Sequence record: NC_019526.1
Reading direction: 5' to 3' (one strand)
DNA: 64,000 bases
Part shown: positions 22,243 through 32,610 of the stretch, piece after piece
Layout: each line of letters starts with the position of its first letter
Position numbering within the stretch: the stretch's first letter is position 1
The notes under the pieces: model-generated
Seen by the model: the letters and a program-made list of their open reading frames with translations, nothing else
Told to the model about the DNA's origin: nothing
The model's database searches: none
Translations under genes and position numbers: made by a program

Positions 22243-24570
22243 ATGGAAAATTTTACTCCTTTATGGGATATAAAATCGGAATCTGAATTTATTCAAGAGA
22301 GTGCTGACATATTAGTAACAACAAATATTAATAAAGATCCAGATGATAAAAACACTTCGTATGTTCTCAAGGACGGGGAATATATACTAATTCAGTTTCT
22401 AATAGAAACAAAAAATAAAGATGATACCAGTTTTGTGGCAGAAGACCATTATACGTTGTATGCCGGTGAAGATGTTAATAATTTGAAAAACATAACCACT
22501 GGTATTACTAAAAATAAATCAATCGCAGGAAATCACTATGCTAAATTAACAAAAGAGCAATTTGATTTAATTGATGAAAATACATCACCCATCTGGTATT
22601 TCAAATTACATTGTAAAAATAACGGAACATTTGATAGTATTGAAATTACTACATTTACAATAGTGAGTGTAACTCGCGTTTCTCCATCTGATAGCATTAC
22701 CATTGGTACAATTACAACCAGTTCACAATCTATCACTTATAACAGTACTGAATTTTGGGTTACTCCGGGTGTAGTTGTTGGTGATGATAATAATAATTAT
22801 TGTATAGGGGATATTAGTTTCGGTAATGATAGTACTCTGTTTGTACAGGCGTTTGGTCGTAAAGTACCAGGAACCACACCTAGAGTATTTTATCCAATTT
22901 ATCGTTTAATGTCTATTACAGAAAATGAATTACCACAAACTGATATTACTGGAAAGAGAGCAATTCTTTTTCCACAAAATGAAGATTTTCCAATTACTGG
23001 TAATAACAAAGAAGTGAAAGTGAATATTCTTGATGAAACAACCAAGACCTATGATACGGGTTTGGTATTCAATCCGAATGGACAATTTCTACAAGCATTT
23101 TTATATGATTCATCACCATATGATTTGTATTTTAAAGTACAAATACAAGATATAGAAAGTTCATATACTAATGATAGTGAGCGTTATGCAATTTCACAAA
23201 GTTTTAAATCCGGTCAGATGTTTTTATGTCCAAGTGAATTTGATTTCATTTATTCAAACGATGTTCCAGTCGCTAATCATTTATATCAGTTGAAATCTGG
23301 TGTTACTTACCCATATGTTGTTGACAGTGATACAGAAGACGGTTTGGAAAAACCCGTATTTAATAGTGATGACTGGGTTGATCTTGGTTTGTATGATAAA
23401 ACACTGGGTACAGGGATTATTGGTGAAACAAAAATATTCAGAATGCTTGCAAACTCTGGTACTTCTGGTAAAATTAGTTTTATTACTGATAGTGATTTGG
23501 GTACTATTCATGTAGGTGAATATTTTGGTCACAGTACTTATCCTGTTATTGAAACAGATTCTGAACTTAACGTATCTTTTAAAATAGTATCAGGTTCTGA
23601 TATTACAAAATATGGACTTGAATTAAAACCAAATGGTTATTTATGTGGTACTGCGTATGCTAAAAGTACTGATTTCACTGCAAATGATGATATCCCACTC
23701 GAATTTGAAGTTGAGGCTTATGATACTTCTGGTCTGAGAAATACAAAAACATTCCAATTAAGAATTATTCGTGGATTTGGAGAAAACTATATAAGTTCAC
23801 ATTTAGTACCATCTGTACAATTCGAAAGAGAATGGTTTAAATGTATTAGTTCTACGATATTTGGTAATCAGCAATTATTCAGAATTTCTGACGAACGATA
23901 TGGGTTACAAAAAGTTCCGCGTATTCTATTAAAAGAGAATTATGTTTCACAGGATTATAATTATAATACACTAAAAGAACTAAAAAGAGTACTAAGGAAA
24001 AATATTATTGATGAAAATAATATCCCACAAGGTACTTTCAATTTAGTAATGGGTAATTACAAAGTACTATCATGTCTTGACAATTTAGGAAATTTACAGT
24101 ACGATTTATTATTCAGAGAAGTACACCCATCTGGTTCTATTATTTCAGTAAGTAATAATCCAAGAAGTTATTCGATTAAAAATTATACTTCTTTGACTGA
24201 AGTTTTTGGTTTAAGACAGAATTTGTTCAATGCTATTGGAGAAGACACTACCAATCTCATAACAGATCCAGATGATTTGAATAACAGGGGGTTATATGTA
24301 ACGGGTTTGGACAGTTCACAAATGCTCGATACCGTTCCTCGTTTCATGAATCATCCATATGAAGGTGATGGTCTTAGTTCTGAATTCATGGTATTAATAC
24401 CGGTTGCTTACTGTTTGCCGGGTAAAGGTGATGATTTGTTCTATAATCTCTATCAAAACAATGAGCACAAACTTATGGTAGGTACTGAATTTGAAGTTCC
24501 AGCAGTTGAATTTATTACTCATGTTGGCTATATGAAGGAAAAATTTCAAATTATTTTACAAAAATCTTAA
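22243..24570 (+). CDS. Putative baseplate wedge/structural protein
   Basis: 775 aa, beta-rich Ig-like segment (GSDITKYGLELKPNGYLCG), P.FM..P...IPVAYC.PGKG tail typical of jumbo baseplate proteins. Confidence 0.55.
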   Translation: MENFTPLWDIKSESEFIQESADILVTTNINKDPDDKNTSYVLKDGEYILIQFLIETKNKDDTSFVAEDHYTLYAGEDVNNLKNITTGITKNKSIAGNHYAKLTKEQFDLIDENTSPIWYFKLHCKNNGTFDSIEITTFTIVSVTRVSPSDSITIGTITTSSQSITYNSTEFWVTPGVVVGDDNNNYCIGDISFGNDSTLFVQAFGRKVPGTTPRVFYPIYRLMSITENELPQTDITGKRAILFPQNEDFPITGNNKEVKVNILDETTKTYDTGLVFNPNGQFLQAFLYDSSPYDLYFKVQIQDIESSYTNDSERYAISQSFKSGQMFLCPSEFDFIYSNDVPVANHLYQLKSGVTYPYVVDSDTEDGLEKPVFNSDDWVDLGLYDKTLGTGIIGETKIFRMLANSGTSGKISFITDSDLGTIHVGEYFGHSTYPVIETDSELNVSFKIVSGSDITKYGLELKPNGYLCGTAYAKSTDFTANDDIPLEFEVEAYDTSGLRNTKTFQLRIIRGFGENYISSHLVPSVQFEREWFKCISSTIFGNQQLFRISDERYGLQKVPRILLKENYVSQDYNYNTLKELKRVLRKNIIDENNIPQGTFNLVMGNYKVLSCLDNLGNLQYDLLFREVHPSGSIISVSNNPRSYSIKNYTSLTEVFGLRQNLFNAIGEDTTNLITDPDDLNNRGLYVTGLDSSQMLDTVPRFMNHPYEGDGLSSEFMVLIPVAYCLPGKGDDLFYNLYQNNEHKLMVGTEFEVPAVEFITHVGYMKEKFQIILQKS

Positions 24571-24583
24571 AAAGGAGTGTATA

Positions 24584-24892
24584 ATGTCTCATCCATTATT
24601 TGATGCCAGTGATTTTACAGATAAGGAATTATATGCTAAAATTAATGAGCAAATTTTACGTATAGCAAAAGCACGCTCGATTGGTATGAGTGAATCAGTA
24701 ATTAGTCAAATGCAGATGCTTTTGGATTCTTATTATACAGAAATTGAAAACAGATCAACCAAAAAGGTTATAAGTAAAATGGAAGATTCAGATCCTTGTG
24801 TGTTTGATTTGAGTTCATATCTGGAAGACAACGACGGTGTGAAGAAGAAAAATGAAAGTACAGGGAAACAGATATATAAGTCCCAATGGTGA
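24584..24892 (+). CDS. Hypothetical protein
   Basis: 102 aa ORF, AGGAG RBS. Confidence 0.8.
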   Translation: MSHPLFDASDFTDKELYAKINEQILRIAKARSIGMSESVISQMQMLLDSYYTEIENRSTKKVISKMEDSDPCVFDLSSYLEDNDGVKKKNESTGKQIYKSQW

Positions 24893-25370
24893 TGTTAAAT
24901 GTAATCTAAATGTAGTAGTTTATGCCATTAATTGTGGTGCTGATATTCAGTACTTGCAATTAATGGATTTGGATGAAAGAGAAAGATTACTTTTCAATGA
25001 TAACTGTAAGAAGTTTGGTTTAGAACAACGTATGTTGGACTACACAATAGATCATGAACGTAATCATGAATTATGGTGCTATGATCCATTCTATGATAAA
25101 ATCAACCTCAAAGAGTTCTTTTTGAGTAAATGTGAAACGCCAGAAGCAAGAGAGCGAGTTCTTTATGAACTGGAATTGTATGAATTTTACAATATGTCCA
25201 AATTACTTCGTTGTATGATTTGGTTGGTTGATTACTTTAAAGAAAATAATATCTTTTGGGGTTTGGGTCGTGGTAGTTCAGTATCATCTTATTGTTTATT
25301 TTTGATTGGATTACATTTGGTGGATTCGTTGAAATATGATTTAGATGTTAATGAATTTTTGAAATATTGA
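24852..25370 (+). CDS. Truncated DNA polymerase III alpha (DnaE)-like fragment
   Basis: ERVLYELELY...WGLGRGSSVSSYCLFLIGLHLVDSLKYDL; ends before the catalytic DxD. Confidence 0.75.
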   Translation: MKVQGNRYISPNGDVKCNLNVVVYAINCGADIQYLQLMDLDERERLLFNDNCKKFGLEQRMLDYTIDHERNHELWCYDPFYDKINLKEFFLSKCETPEARERVLYELELYEFYNMSKLLRCMIWLVDYFKENNIFWGLGRGSSVSSYCLFLIGLHLVDSLKYDLDVNEFLKY

Positions 25371-25373
25371 TTT

Positions 25374-25402
25374 TTGAACAAAAATCACAAAAATGATATA
25401 AT
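25374..25402 (+). promoter_or_regulatory. Sigma70-like promoter (TTGAAC-17-TATAAT)
   Basis: Motif match upstream of 25435. Confidence 0.6.
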
Positions 25403-25434
25403 AAAGAAAACAGTTAATAAAAAGGATTTTTAAA

Positions 25435-25794
25435 ATGGTAAAGCACGTATCTTATCGTGGTAAAGTTGTTGATATGGAATTACTTAAATCACAAAACCAA
25501 TATAAAGCTGCAATTGGTAATGCACAACTAAATGCTCGCGGCGATAAAATTGGTCGAGGTGGTACGGTCATTAAAACGCGTGAACAATTGATGCAAGAAC
25601 GTGAAGCTGCACTACAGGTTCCTGATTTTATTCCAGTACAGAATTCTTCCAGTACTGAATATTCAACTGAATGGGATGATTCACAATTTAATGCATTTCC
25701 TGACATTACGGAATCACCACAAGAAGCACCAGCAGAAGTTCAGACGAAAAAAGCTGCACCACGTAGGACAAAAAAGGGTTCAAGTAATGAGTGA
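25435..25794 (+). CDS. Hypothetical protein
   Basis: 119 aa ORF, AAGGA RBS. Confidence 0.8.
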   Translation: MVKHVSYRGKVVDMELLKSQNQYKAAIGNAQLNARGDKIGRGGTVIKTREQLMQEREAALQVPDFIPVQNSSSTEYSTEWDDSQFNAFPDITESPQEAPAEVQTKKAAPRRTKKGSSNE

Positions 25795-26119
25795 TAAAGT
25801 ATTGAAAGCATGTAGAGGTAAAGTACTCGTAACTGATTTGGAAGTAGGTGAGCGAGTAACAAATGGTGGTATTGTTTTAACTAATGACAACGGTCGCAGT
25901 CGAGGTATTCGTTCCCGATGGGCTAAAGTTTATTCAATTGGTGAAGGTGTAACTGGTATTGAAGAAGGTCAATGGATTTTAATTGATCATGGTCGATGGA
26001 GCCGCACTATTGAAGTTGACGGTATTAAACTAAATCTAGTTGATTATCCAGCTTCGGTAATGTTAGTGTCAGATGACGACCCACGCCAGCGTTGCACTTC
26101 ATTTGGTTATTTTTCTTAA
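25787..26119 (+). CDS. groES: Co-chaperonin GroES-like protein
   Basis: GKVLV...ERVTNGGIVL...AKVYSIGEG...GQWIL; start moved to MSDKV. Confidence 0.8.
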   Translation: MSDKVLKACRGKVLVTDLEVGERVTNGGIVLTNDNGRSRGIRSRWAKVYSIGEGVTGIEEGQWILIDHGRWSRTIEVDGIKLNLVDYPASVMLVSDDDPRQRCTSFGYFS

Positions 26120-26170
26120 TATTATTAAAAGTCCAGAATATTCTGGACTTTATTTTTTAATGAGGAAAAT

Positions 26171-26440
26171 ATGATAACACCAGAAGGACAATTCAGCTTC
26201 AAAGATATTATATTAGTGTCAAAGAATAATAGATTTATGCTGGAAGACAGAAAAAGAAAAAACAAAGTATATGAAGTACAACACGATACTTTTAAAACTA
26301 TGTTAGTACTTGCTGCACAAGCAAAGGGGAGAGGATTTACTAAAAAAGTAAATTCATTTGAGTTTTTATATAACCAATTAGAAGTTACAGAAGATTTATT
26401 CACTGCATTAATGTATGATTTTACTGATTGGACTAATTAA
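26171..26440 (+). CDS. Hypothetical protein
   Basis: 89 aa ORF with RBS. Confidence 0.7.
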   Translation: MITPEGQFSFKDIILVSKNNRFMLEDRKRKNKVYEVQHDTFKTMLVLAAQAKGRGFTKKVNSFEFLYNQLEVTEDLFTALMYDFTDWTN

Positions 26441-26451
26441 AGGAAAAATAA

Positions 26452-27411
26452 ATGAGTAGTAGTACTTTATGGACAGAAAAATATCGCCCACTTACTATGG
26501 ATGATTATGTTTCAAAAAATGACGCCCTTCGTCAAAAGATGGAAGAATGGATCCGTACTGGTGATATTCCACATATTGGTTTTTTTGGTCCAGCAGGAAC
26601 TGGTAAAACGAGTGCGATTGGTGTTTTACTGAATGGATTGGAACAAAACGGTCACATTGATATGGGTGATGTGACTATTCTTAATATGAGTTCAGAAGGT
26701 ATGGATGCTATTCGTGAAAAAATCGAAAGCACAGCACAGTTATCATGTTATGGAAGATACAGGATTTTTGTTCTCGAAGAGTTTGAAACTACTTCACAGC
26801 GTTCACAAGGTTCAATGAAACGTATTATGGAAGATTATCATGAAACTTCTCGTTTCATCATTACCAGTAATGAACCACATAAAATCCAAAAACCTATCAT
26901 CTCCCGATTACAAGTAATTAATATCGAAAAACATGATATTGACCAATTCATGACGCGAGTACTCGATATCCTTATCAAAGAAGGTGTTGAACTTGATACA
27001 GAAGAAAGTATTAATACAGTACAGGAATACATCAAAGCATCATACCCAGATTTTCGTAAAACACTAAATGTATTGCAACAAAATGTCATTAATGGTAAAC
27101 TTGTCCACATGGAAGATAGTATTGAATCTTCTGCAACGTACAGAACCGAGATAGTAGAAGCACTGAAAAACGGTACTATTCGTGCTATGCGTGAAAAAAT
27201 TGTACAAAGTATTCCAGAAGATGAGATGGATGCATTCTTTTCTTATCTGTACCGTAATGCTGAAATGTTCAGTACTGAGCCTGTTACTTTGATGAAAATT
27301 AAAGTAAAAATTCGTGATGCGGTTGTTAAACAAGCCACAGTATCAGACCGAGAAATGAATCTAAGTGCTCTACTTTGTGAAATAGATTTAATCTGTTCAG
27401 GAAATATGTAA
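26452..27411 (+). CDS. Clamp loader AAA+ subunit (RFC/gp44-like)
   Basis: LWTEKYRP, GPAGTGKT, LEEFE, FIITSN, IISRL, PDFRK. Confidence 0.92.
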   Translation: MSSSTLWTEKYRPLTMDDYVSKNDALRQKMEEWIRTGDIPHIGFFGPAGTGKTSAIGVLLNGLEQNGHIDMGDVTILNMSSEGMDAIREKIESTAQLSCYGRYRIFVLEEFETTSQRSQGSMKRIMEDYHETSRFIITSNEPHKIQKPIISRLQVINIEKHDIDQFMTRVLDILIKEGVELDTEESINTVQEYIKASYPDFRKTLNVLQQNVINGKLVHMEDSIESSATYRTEIVEALKNGTIRAMREKIVQSIPEDEMDAFFSYLYRNAEMFSTEPVTLMKIKVKIRDAVVKQATVSDREMNLSALLCEIDLICSGNM

Positions 27412-27412
27412 A

Positions 27413-28036
27413 ATGAATAAGCAAGATTGTCTTGTATTTGATTGCGATGAAGTTCTTCTTAATCACTTAGGAGCTTTTCGCTCCTTTGTTTTTGAACATT
27501 ACAATATCACACCAAATACTGAATACCCCGTTGAATATGATTTGGGATCGTGGTTTGATGTTTCTAACACTGAAATTAACGAAATGATCAAACACTTCAA
27601 TGAACGATCTTATCAATTCGGATTACTCGAACCACTACAGCACAATACTGTAGAAGTAATGCATGAATTGCGAAGAGAATTCCCTAATAAAAAAATTGTA
27701 GTATTAACTAAATCAGGCACTGGCGGTCATGGTGAAGTACTTAGAAAAGTAAATTTAATTAATGCCTTCGGGTATATATTCGATGACATTATTATAATTG
27801 AAATGTATGAATCCAAAAAAAGTGCACTATATCAATTACAACAAAAATATAATGTAAAATTTTTGGTTGATGATTATATTAAAAATATCAAGGATGCTAT
27901 GCAATTGGAAATTCGTGGTATTATGCTTAAATCCACATATAATGAAATTTATAGTACCAGTACTGAATTTGATTATGTAAATAACTGGAGTGAGCTTAGA
28001 TTAAAAATATACGAAATTTTGAACAGTAGTAAATAG
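27413..28036 (+). CDS. HAD-family 5'(3')-deoxyribonucleotidase-like phosphatase
   Basis: VFDCDEVL motif I; LVDDYIKNI motif IV. Confidence 0.75.
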   Translation: MNKQDCLVFDCDEVLLNHLGAFRSFVFEHYNITPNTEYPVEYDLGSWFDVSNTEINEMIKHFNERSYQFGLLEPLQHNTVEVMHELRREFPNKKIVVLTKSGTGGHGEVLRKVNLINAFGYIFDDIIIIEMYESKKSALYQLQQKYNVKFLVDDYIKNIKDAMQLEIRGIMLKSTYNEIYSTSTEFDYVNNWSELRLKIYEILNSSK

Positions 28037-28073
28037 TATATATGATTGTAGATTTATAAAGGAATATAAAATT

Positions 28074-28619
28074 ATGCAAAACCCACAATCTACTATACAA
28101 CAGTTATATGATAATCAGGGAATGTTGGATATTCTTATTGCTATTGAAAAATATTTTGAAGATAATGATTTATATGCATATAAAGATATCCAAAGTGGTG
28201 AAATCGTTGAAGGCCCAAATATTGAAAAATACTGGGTGGAAATTGTACTGAAATATTATCGTGAAAATTTTCCAGATCCAGCCGCATTTAAAATTCTGGA
28301 ACGTCATGGTACTAAAGTTAAAGTTAAAGGTGATTATGAAATTCACCCAATTGAACACCCACGTTCCCGTAGAGATATGGAGCAAGTTCCTGCACAAAAT
28401 GGTACTGTTTCTATGCCTAAAGAAGAACGAGTACCAGTACTTTTAGTTAGAGTTCAAATTCCACGAAGTGTTATTAATCCAGAAAGCTTTGATGAATACA
28501 AACTAAGTATTGCTGAATTAAATAAATCTCAAATTCAGGATGTATCAGAATTTGAATCTGATGTGGAACAAGATGCTCCGGTGTCAGATGATGAACAATC
28601 AAATGCCGGGGGTATGTAA
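28074..28619 (+). CDS. Conserved hypothetical protein
   Basis: 181 aa ORF with RBS. Confidence 0.8.
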   Translation: MQNPQSTIQQLYDNQGMLDILIAIEKYFEDNDLYAYKDIQSGEIVEGPNIEKYWVEIVLKYYRENFPDPAAFKILERHGTKVKVKGDYEIHPIEHPRSRRDMEQVPAQNGTVSMPKEERVPVLLVRVQIPRSVINPESFDEYKLSIAELNKSQIQDVSEFESDVEQDAPVSDDEQSNAGGM

Positions 28620-29296
28620 TGAAAGAACAACTAAATGAACAAGGACTGCGACCAAATATTCTTCATGATTTGGTATATCCAATTATTAGTATAGATGAAT
28701 ATGAACCTAAAATTAATCAAGATAATATCGTGGTTATGTTTCAGGTATTGAATAATTATGATGCAGCATATGATTTATCTTCTTTTATTGAGAAGACAAG
28801 CAAAAATGCCATTGATACTGAAGCAGCGGAAACGCCTAATCTTGATGGTCGTTATACTGTATTTGTCGAGATGCCACGAAATGTTGAATTTCCAGAAGCA
28901 TTGTATGATATGATCGTTAATATTCAAAATCTGTGTCCAGATCCGAGTTGGAAATTACAGTTATATGGGGTTAATGATCCAATTGATTTGGATGTAAAGG
29001 AAATCACCAAACTGATTAATTTGAGTTCACCTGAGAGTATTAAAGAATTTTTAGATGTAGAAGACGTAAAAATACTAAATGAGGGTGTTTTACAAATTTC
29101 AGTACACAATAAGGATTTGTATTATAGTACTGCATCTGCATTTGGTTCGGAAGATTATGTAAAAAAACTTCTTTCCGAGAATGTTGATATTGATAACACA
29201 CCTTTATCTAATTATCTGAGTACTGATTTTACTGTTGTTAGAAGTAATGACAAGTACATTGTTGAAAAGAATGGGAAATATTTAATACTTAAATAG
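28619..29296 (+). CDS. Conserved hypothetical protein
   Basis: 225 aa ORF, translationally coupled (TAATG). Confidence 0.8.
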   Translation: MKEQLNEQGLRPNILHDLVYPIISIDEYEPKINQDNIVVMFQVLNNYDAAYDLSSFIEKTSKNAIDTEAAETPNLDGRYTVFVEMPRNVEFPEALYDMIVNIQNLCPDPSWKLQLYGVNDPIDLDVKEITKLINLSSPESIKEFLDVEDVKILNEGVLQISVHNKDLYYSTASAFGSEDYVKKLLSENVDIDNTPLSNYLSTDFTVVRSNDKYIVEKNGKYLILK

Positions 29297-29307
29297 GGAT
29301 TTATTGT

Positions 29308-30123
29308 ATGAGAGTATTGAAATATGTACAAGCATTACACCAGAATACTAAAATTGATGAATTCAAAAAAGAAAACGTCAAGAAACATGACAACAAAGAT
29401 ATAGCTATTAGGATGTATCTTCGTCGATTTGAGGTTAATCGAATTGGAAAAAACTGGAGTGGTGAAGTAAGAGAAGATTTGGATACTGATGCAATACTAA
29501 AATCATATCTAGCCCGAAAAATTTACATCAACGAAAAGAGAATTTATATAGATCACTATCGTGAAATGGAAGAAAAGTTCACCGCTGGGTTATGGAAAAT
29601 CTGGAGTATTGAACAATTTGGACACGAAGTACCTGAATTGAATGTACCAACTACATTCGAAGAATTACATAATATTTTAGTTAACAAAAATATTCATGAT
29701 AAATTTTCTTTGAAAGATACTATAGATTTAGCATTGACACACAGTATGCTACATGGATACAATGGTTTCTTCGAAACGTTTGATGAATTCGATTTACTAT
29801 GTGCACTACCAGGAGAGAAAAGTTGGACTTTGAGTCAAACATTTTCTCAAAAAAGCGATAACCGAAAACTGAGTCCACAACGCTGTATTCAAGTTGCTAT
29901 TGCTATGTATAAACTGGACTATCTGAATTGTTCAGAACCATATCCACACTTCTGGAAGCAAAAAGCAATGGAATGTATGAACTATGCTTTGTGTAATATG
30001 GAAAAAAGTTATGAAATAAAATTCAGGAACGCAACTGTATACGACAATCCTGAAATTTGTGAGAACCCAGACAGATACCCTCCACCAAAACCAATAGCTG
30101 AATACATCAAAAAAAGGACGTGA
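29308..30123 (+). CDS. Hypothetical protein
   Basis: 271 aa ORF followed by a terminator. Confidence 0.8.
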   Translation: MRVLKYVQALHQNTKIDEFKKENVKKHDNKDIAIRMYLRRFEVNRIGKNWSGEVREDLDTDAILKSYLARKIYINEKRIYIDHYREMEEKFTAGLWKIWSIEQFGHEVPELNVPTTFEELHNILVNKNIHDKFSLKDTIDLALTHSMLHGYNGFFETFDEFDLLCALPGEKSWTLSQTFSQKSDNRKLSPQRCIQVAIAMYKLDYLNCSEPYPHFWKQKAMECMNYALCNMEKSYEIKFRNATVYDNPEICENPDRYPPPKPIAEYIKKRT

Positions 30124-30139
30124 AAACGTCCTTTTTTAT
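30111..30139 (+). terminator. Rho-independent terminator
   Basis: AAAAAGGACG-TGAAAA-CGTCCTTTTTT. Confidence 0.7.
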
Positions 30140-30168
30140 TTGACAAATCATTTCAAAAGAGTTATAGT
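30140..30168 (+). promoter_or_regulatory. Sigma70 promoter TTGACA-17-TATAGT
   Basis: Direct motif match. Confidence 0.65.
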
Positions 30169-30206
30169 ACTGAAAATGTTTAATTGAATAGGACGGATAA
30201 ACCCAA

Positions 30207-31322
30207 ATGAAAGGTAAATTTTTCTTCAAAGAAAAAGGTAAAGAAATCGAAATCCAGGAGTTTGATTTCGAATACGTTCTTAATTCTTTGTGTAAAGAAT
30301 ATAATCGCCATTCCAACAAAGAGTATTGCTATACTGTGATTGTTAGTAGAACTTATAATTCTCTTGGGGAACCAGTTTTTGATGTTCGCACATTAAATTT
30401 AAAAGAAATTTATTACGACAATGTTCGTTTGTGTGTATATGATCTCATGATGGACAAAATTGCATTTCGCCGTCCAGAAATCAAAAACTTACCAGTTCCT
30501 GCATTACAGAAAGAATACCAGGAATGGAAAGAAGGTAAAGTTAAAAAATCTAGTACGCCAGTTGTTGTCGATATTCCTTTTAAAGAACTAAAACGTACTG
30601 AAATCTCCAGTAACGATCATCGTATTCCAGATATTATGTCACAATTTAATGTGGATAGTTCTAAAGCATTAAAAGTACTGGACTGGATTGTTAATCTTCC
30701 AGTATGTACACAAGAAGTGACAATTAAAGTTCAAAACATCAGTACAAGACAACTGGAACTCAATGATGCATTACAACAACACAGTGAATATATTCATAAA
30801 CTAATGAATAACTTAACATCTGCGTTAGAAACATTATTTCCATTAAAGCCAACATTTACTCAGAAGTTATTTGGTAAACAACCAGTTATTAAAATAGAAC
30901 AATCTGATTTAAAAAATGTGATGGATACATTGAAGAAAGCAGTACAGTATGACACCACTAAGTTTAATGGTATTGATACTATGTTTTCTTCTTTAATTAG
31001 TGATATTCGTGCAATGCAGGATGAGTTTGGTACAGCAGAAAATGCATGTGATTTTGCTATCAGTACATTAGAAGATAACTTTGAATTTGAATTAATGAAA
31101 AATCGCATTCTGAAAATGTCGATTACTAATACATCATCAGAAGCTGCACTAATTGGGTTCAATAAGAAATACAGAATAGATGTGGATCAAATGGTTGATA
31201 TTCAAACAACAACGATTCCATGGATTATCATGCGTTTGCAGAATCAGGTAGGACAAACTGTTGATTCTGAAACAGTTGATATTCTTAAAAATTTGGCATA
31301 CGGTAAAAAAGATGACAAATAA
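30207..31322 (+). CDS. Hypothetical coiled-coil protein, possibly TelA-related
   Basis: Helical C-terminal half; FTQKLFGK motif; adjacent to the TelA gene. Confidence 0.6.
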   Translation: MKGKFFFKEKGKEIEIQEFDFEYVLNSLCKEYNRHSNKEYCYTVIVSRTYNSLGEPVFDVRTLNLKEIYYDNVRLCVYDLMMDKIAFRRPEIKNLPVPALQKEYQEWKEGKVKKSSTPVVVDIPFKELKRTEISSNDHRIPDIMSQFNVDSSKALKVLDWIVNLPVCTQEVTIKVQNISTRQLELNDALQQHSEYIHKLMNNLTSALETLFPLKPTFTQKLFGKQPVIKIEQSDLKNVMDTLKKAVQYDTTKFNGIDTMFSSLISDIRAMQDEFGTAENACDFAISTLEDNFEFELMKNRILKMSITNTSSEAALIGFNKKYRIDVDQMVDIQTTTIPWIIMRLQNQVGQTVDSETVDILKNLAYGKKDDK

Positions 31323-31325
31323 CGG

Positions 31326-31353
31326 TTGACACAGTAGCAGAGTGCTGTATAAT
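31326..31353 (+). promoter_or_regulatory. Sigma70 promoter TTGACA-16-TATAAT with extended TG
   Basis: Direct motif match. Confidence 0.7.
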
Positions 31354-31414
31354 CTTTTATATCGAAACAACATACAGCACTTAAAACTTTTAATTCACCG
31401 AAGGAAACATTACA

Positions 31415-32542
31415 ATGTCCGAGAAAGAAATTAATCCCACTAAAGCAACCAAGAAAACTAACACTAAAACGCGTAAAGCTCTAGCTATGGATGATTCTAT
31501 CCTGGAAACTCCAAAAAAGAATCTACCGTCAAATGTTGCTTTGCGTGATACCAAAGGTACTCAACTCGCATTAACTATTGAAAACATCAATAGCATTGGT
31601 ACTGTAACTGGTACTAAAGTTGCTGCATTAAGCAATGACATTCTAACTAAAGTCAATGCAAGTGATACCAGTACTGAATTTGGTAAATCAGTATCCACTA
31701 TTCTGAATCTTACTCGTTCAGTTGATATTGAATCACTTGTACAGGACAAAAGCCTTATCGGTTGGTTGCGTTCTAAATTTGTTGATGTTAAACAAAAAGT
31801 AGGCGATCAGTACAAAAATAGTAAAGAACAAATTGATGAAATTCTTACAACCATGGAACGCGGTATTATCCGCCAACAAGGTGAGCAGACGTGGCTGGAA
31901 AATTCCTATAATGAAAGTAAGAACTATCTCTTTGAATTACGTGATTCACTTGATAATTTGCTTGAAGTAACTGCTGAACAACAATCTATTCTTACTGAAT
32001 ACCAGAAAGATGAAAATGTTGATGTATATGTTATTCAAGATCAAAAAGCAATCGTGGATGCATTGGAACGTCAGGTTGATACCGTCCGTCGACTGATTCT
32101 GATGGTGGAAATTAATATTCCACAGATCGCGGCGATGAAGAAAGTGAATCTCAGTACTATCTCAAAATTCCATGATATGAAAACTATCATGATTCCGAGT
32201 TGGACTACTACTCTTAGTCAGAACTTGATCAGTGACCGCCAGAAAAAAGATCAAGAACTTACTGAATTGTTGGCTAATGAAACAAACCGTATGTTGCGTG
32301 TGGGAAGTGAAATGGTTGGTAAGAATATGATCGCGGCAGCTAAAGCAGCAGGTCGAGGTGTAGTTGATGTTGAAACTCTTCGTATTGCACAGAAAAACAT
32401 CGTCGATGGTATGACTCAAGTTATTCATGAAGAGAAGAAACTGAAAGAAGAACGTGCTAATGCTGCAATTGAAATGAGTAAAATGTCACTTGAGTTAAAA
32501 GAAACTCTTCGTGATATTGCAGAGAAATCCGGTAAAATCTAA
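31415..32542 (+). CDS. TelA/KlaB toxic-anion-resistance family protein
   Basis: LIGWLRSKF...QYKNSKEQIDEI..., IPQI..MKKVN...IPSW pattern; long coiled coil. Confidence 0.75.
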   Translation: MSEKEINPTKATKKTNTKTRKALAMDDSILETPKKNLPSNVALRDTKGTQLALTIENINSIGTVTGTKVAALSNDILTKVNASDTSTEFGKSVSTILNLTRSVDIESLVQDKSLIGWLRSKFVDVKQKVGDQYKNSKEQIDEILTTMERGIIRQQGEQTWLENSYNESKNYLFELRDSLDNLLEVTAEQQSILTEYQKDENVDVYVIQDQKAIVDALERQVDTVRRLILMVEINIPQIAAMKKVNLSTISKFHDMKTIMIPSWTTTLSQNLISDRQKKDQELTELLANETNRMLRVGSEMVGKNMIAAAKAAGRGVVDVETLRIAQKNIVDGMTQVIHEEKKLKEERANAAIEMSKMSLELKETLRDIAEKSGKI

Positions 32543-32563
32543 TATACAATCATACTCACAGTT

Positions 32564-32593
32564 AAAAAGGTTCCACTTCTGGAACCTTTTTTT
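32564..32593 (+). terminator. Rho-independent terminator
   Basis: AAAAAGGTTCCA-CTTC-TGGAACCTTTTTTT. Confidence 0.75.
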
Positions 32594-32610
32594 AATATTG
32601 GAGGTTATTA

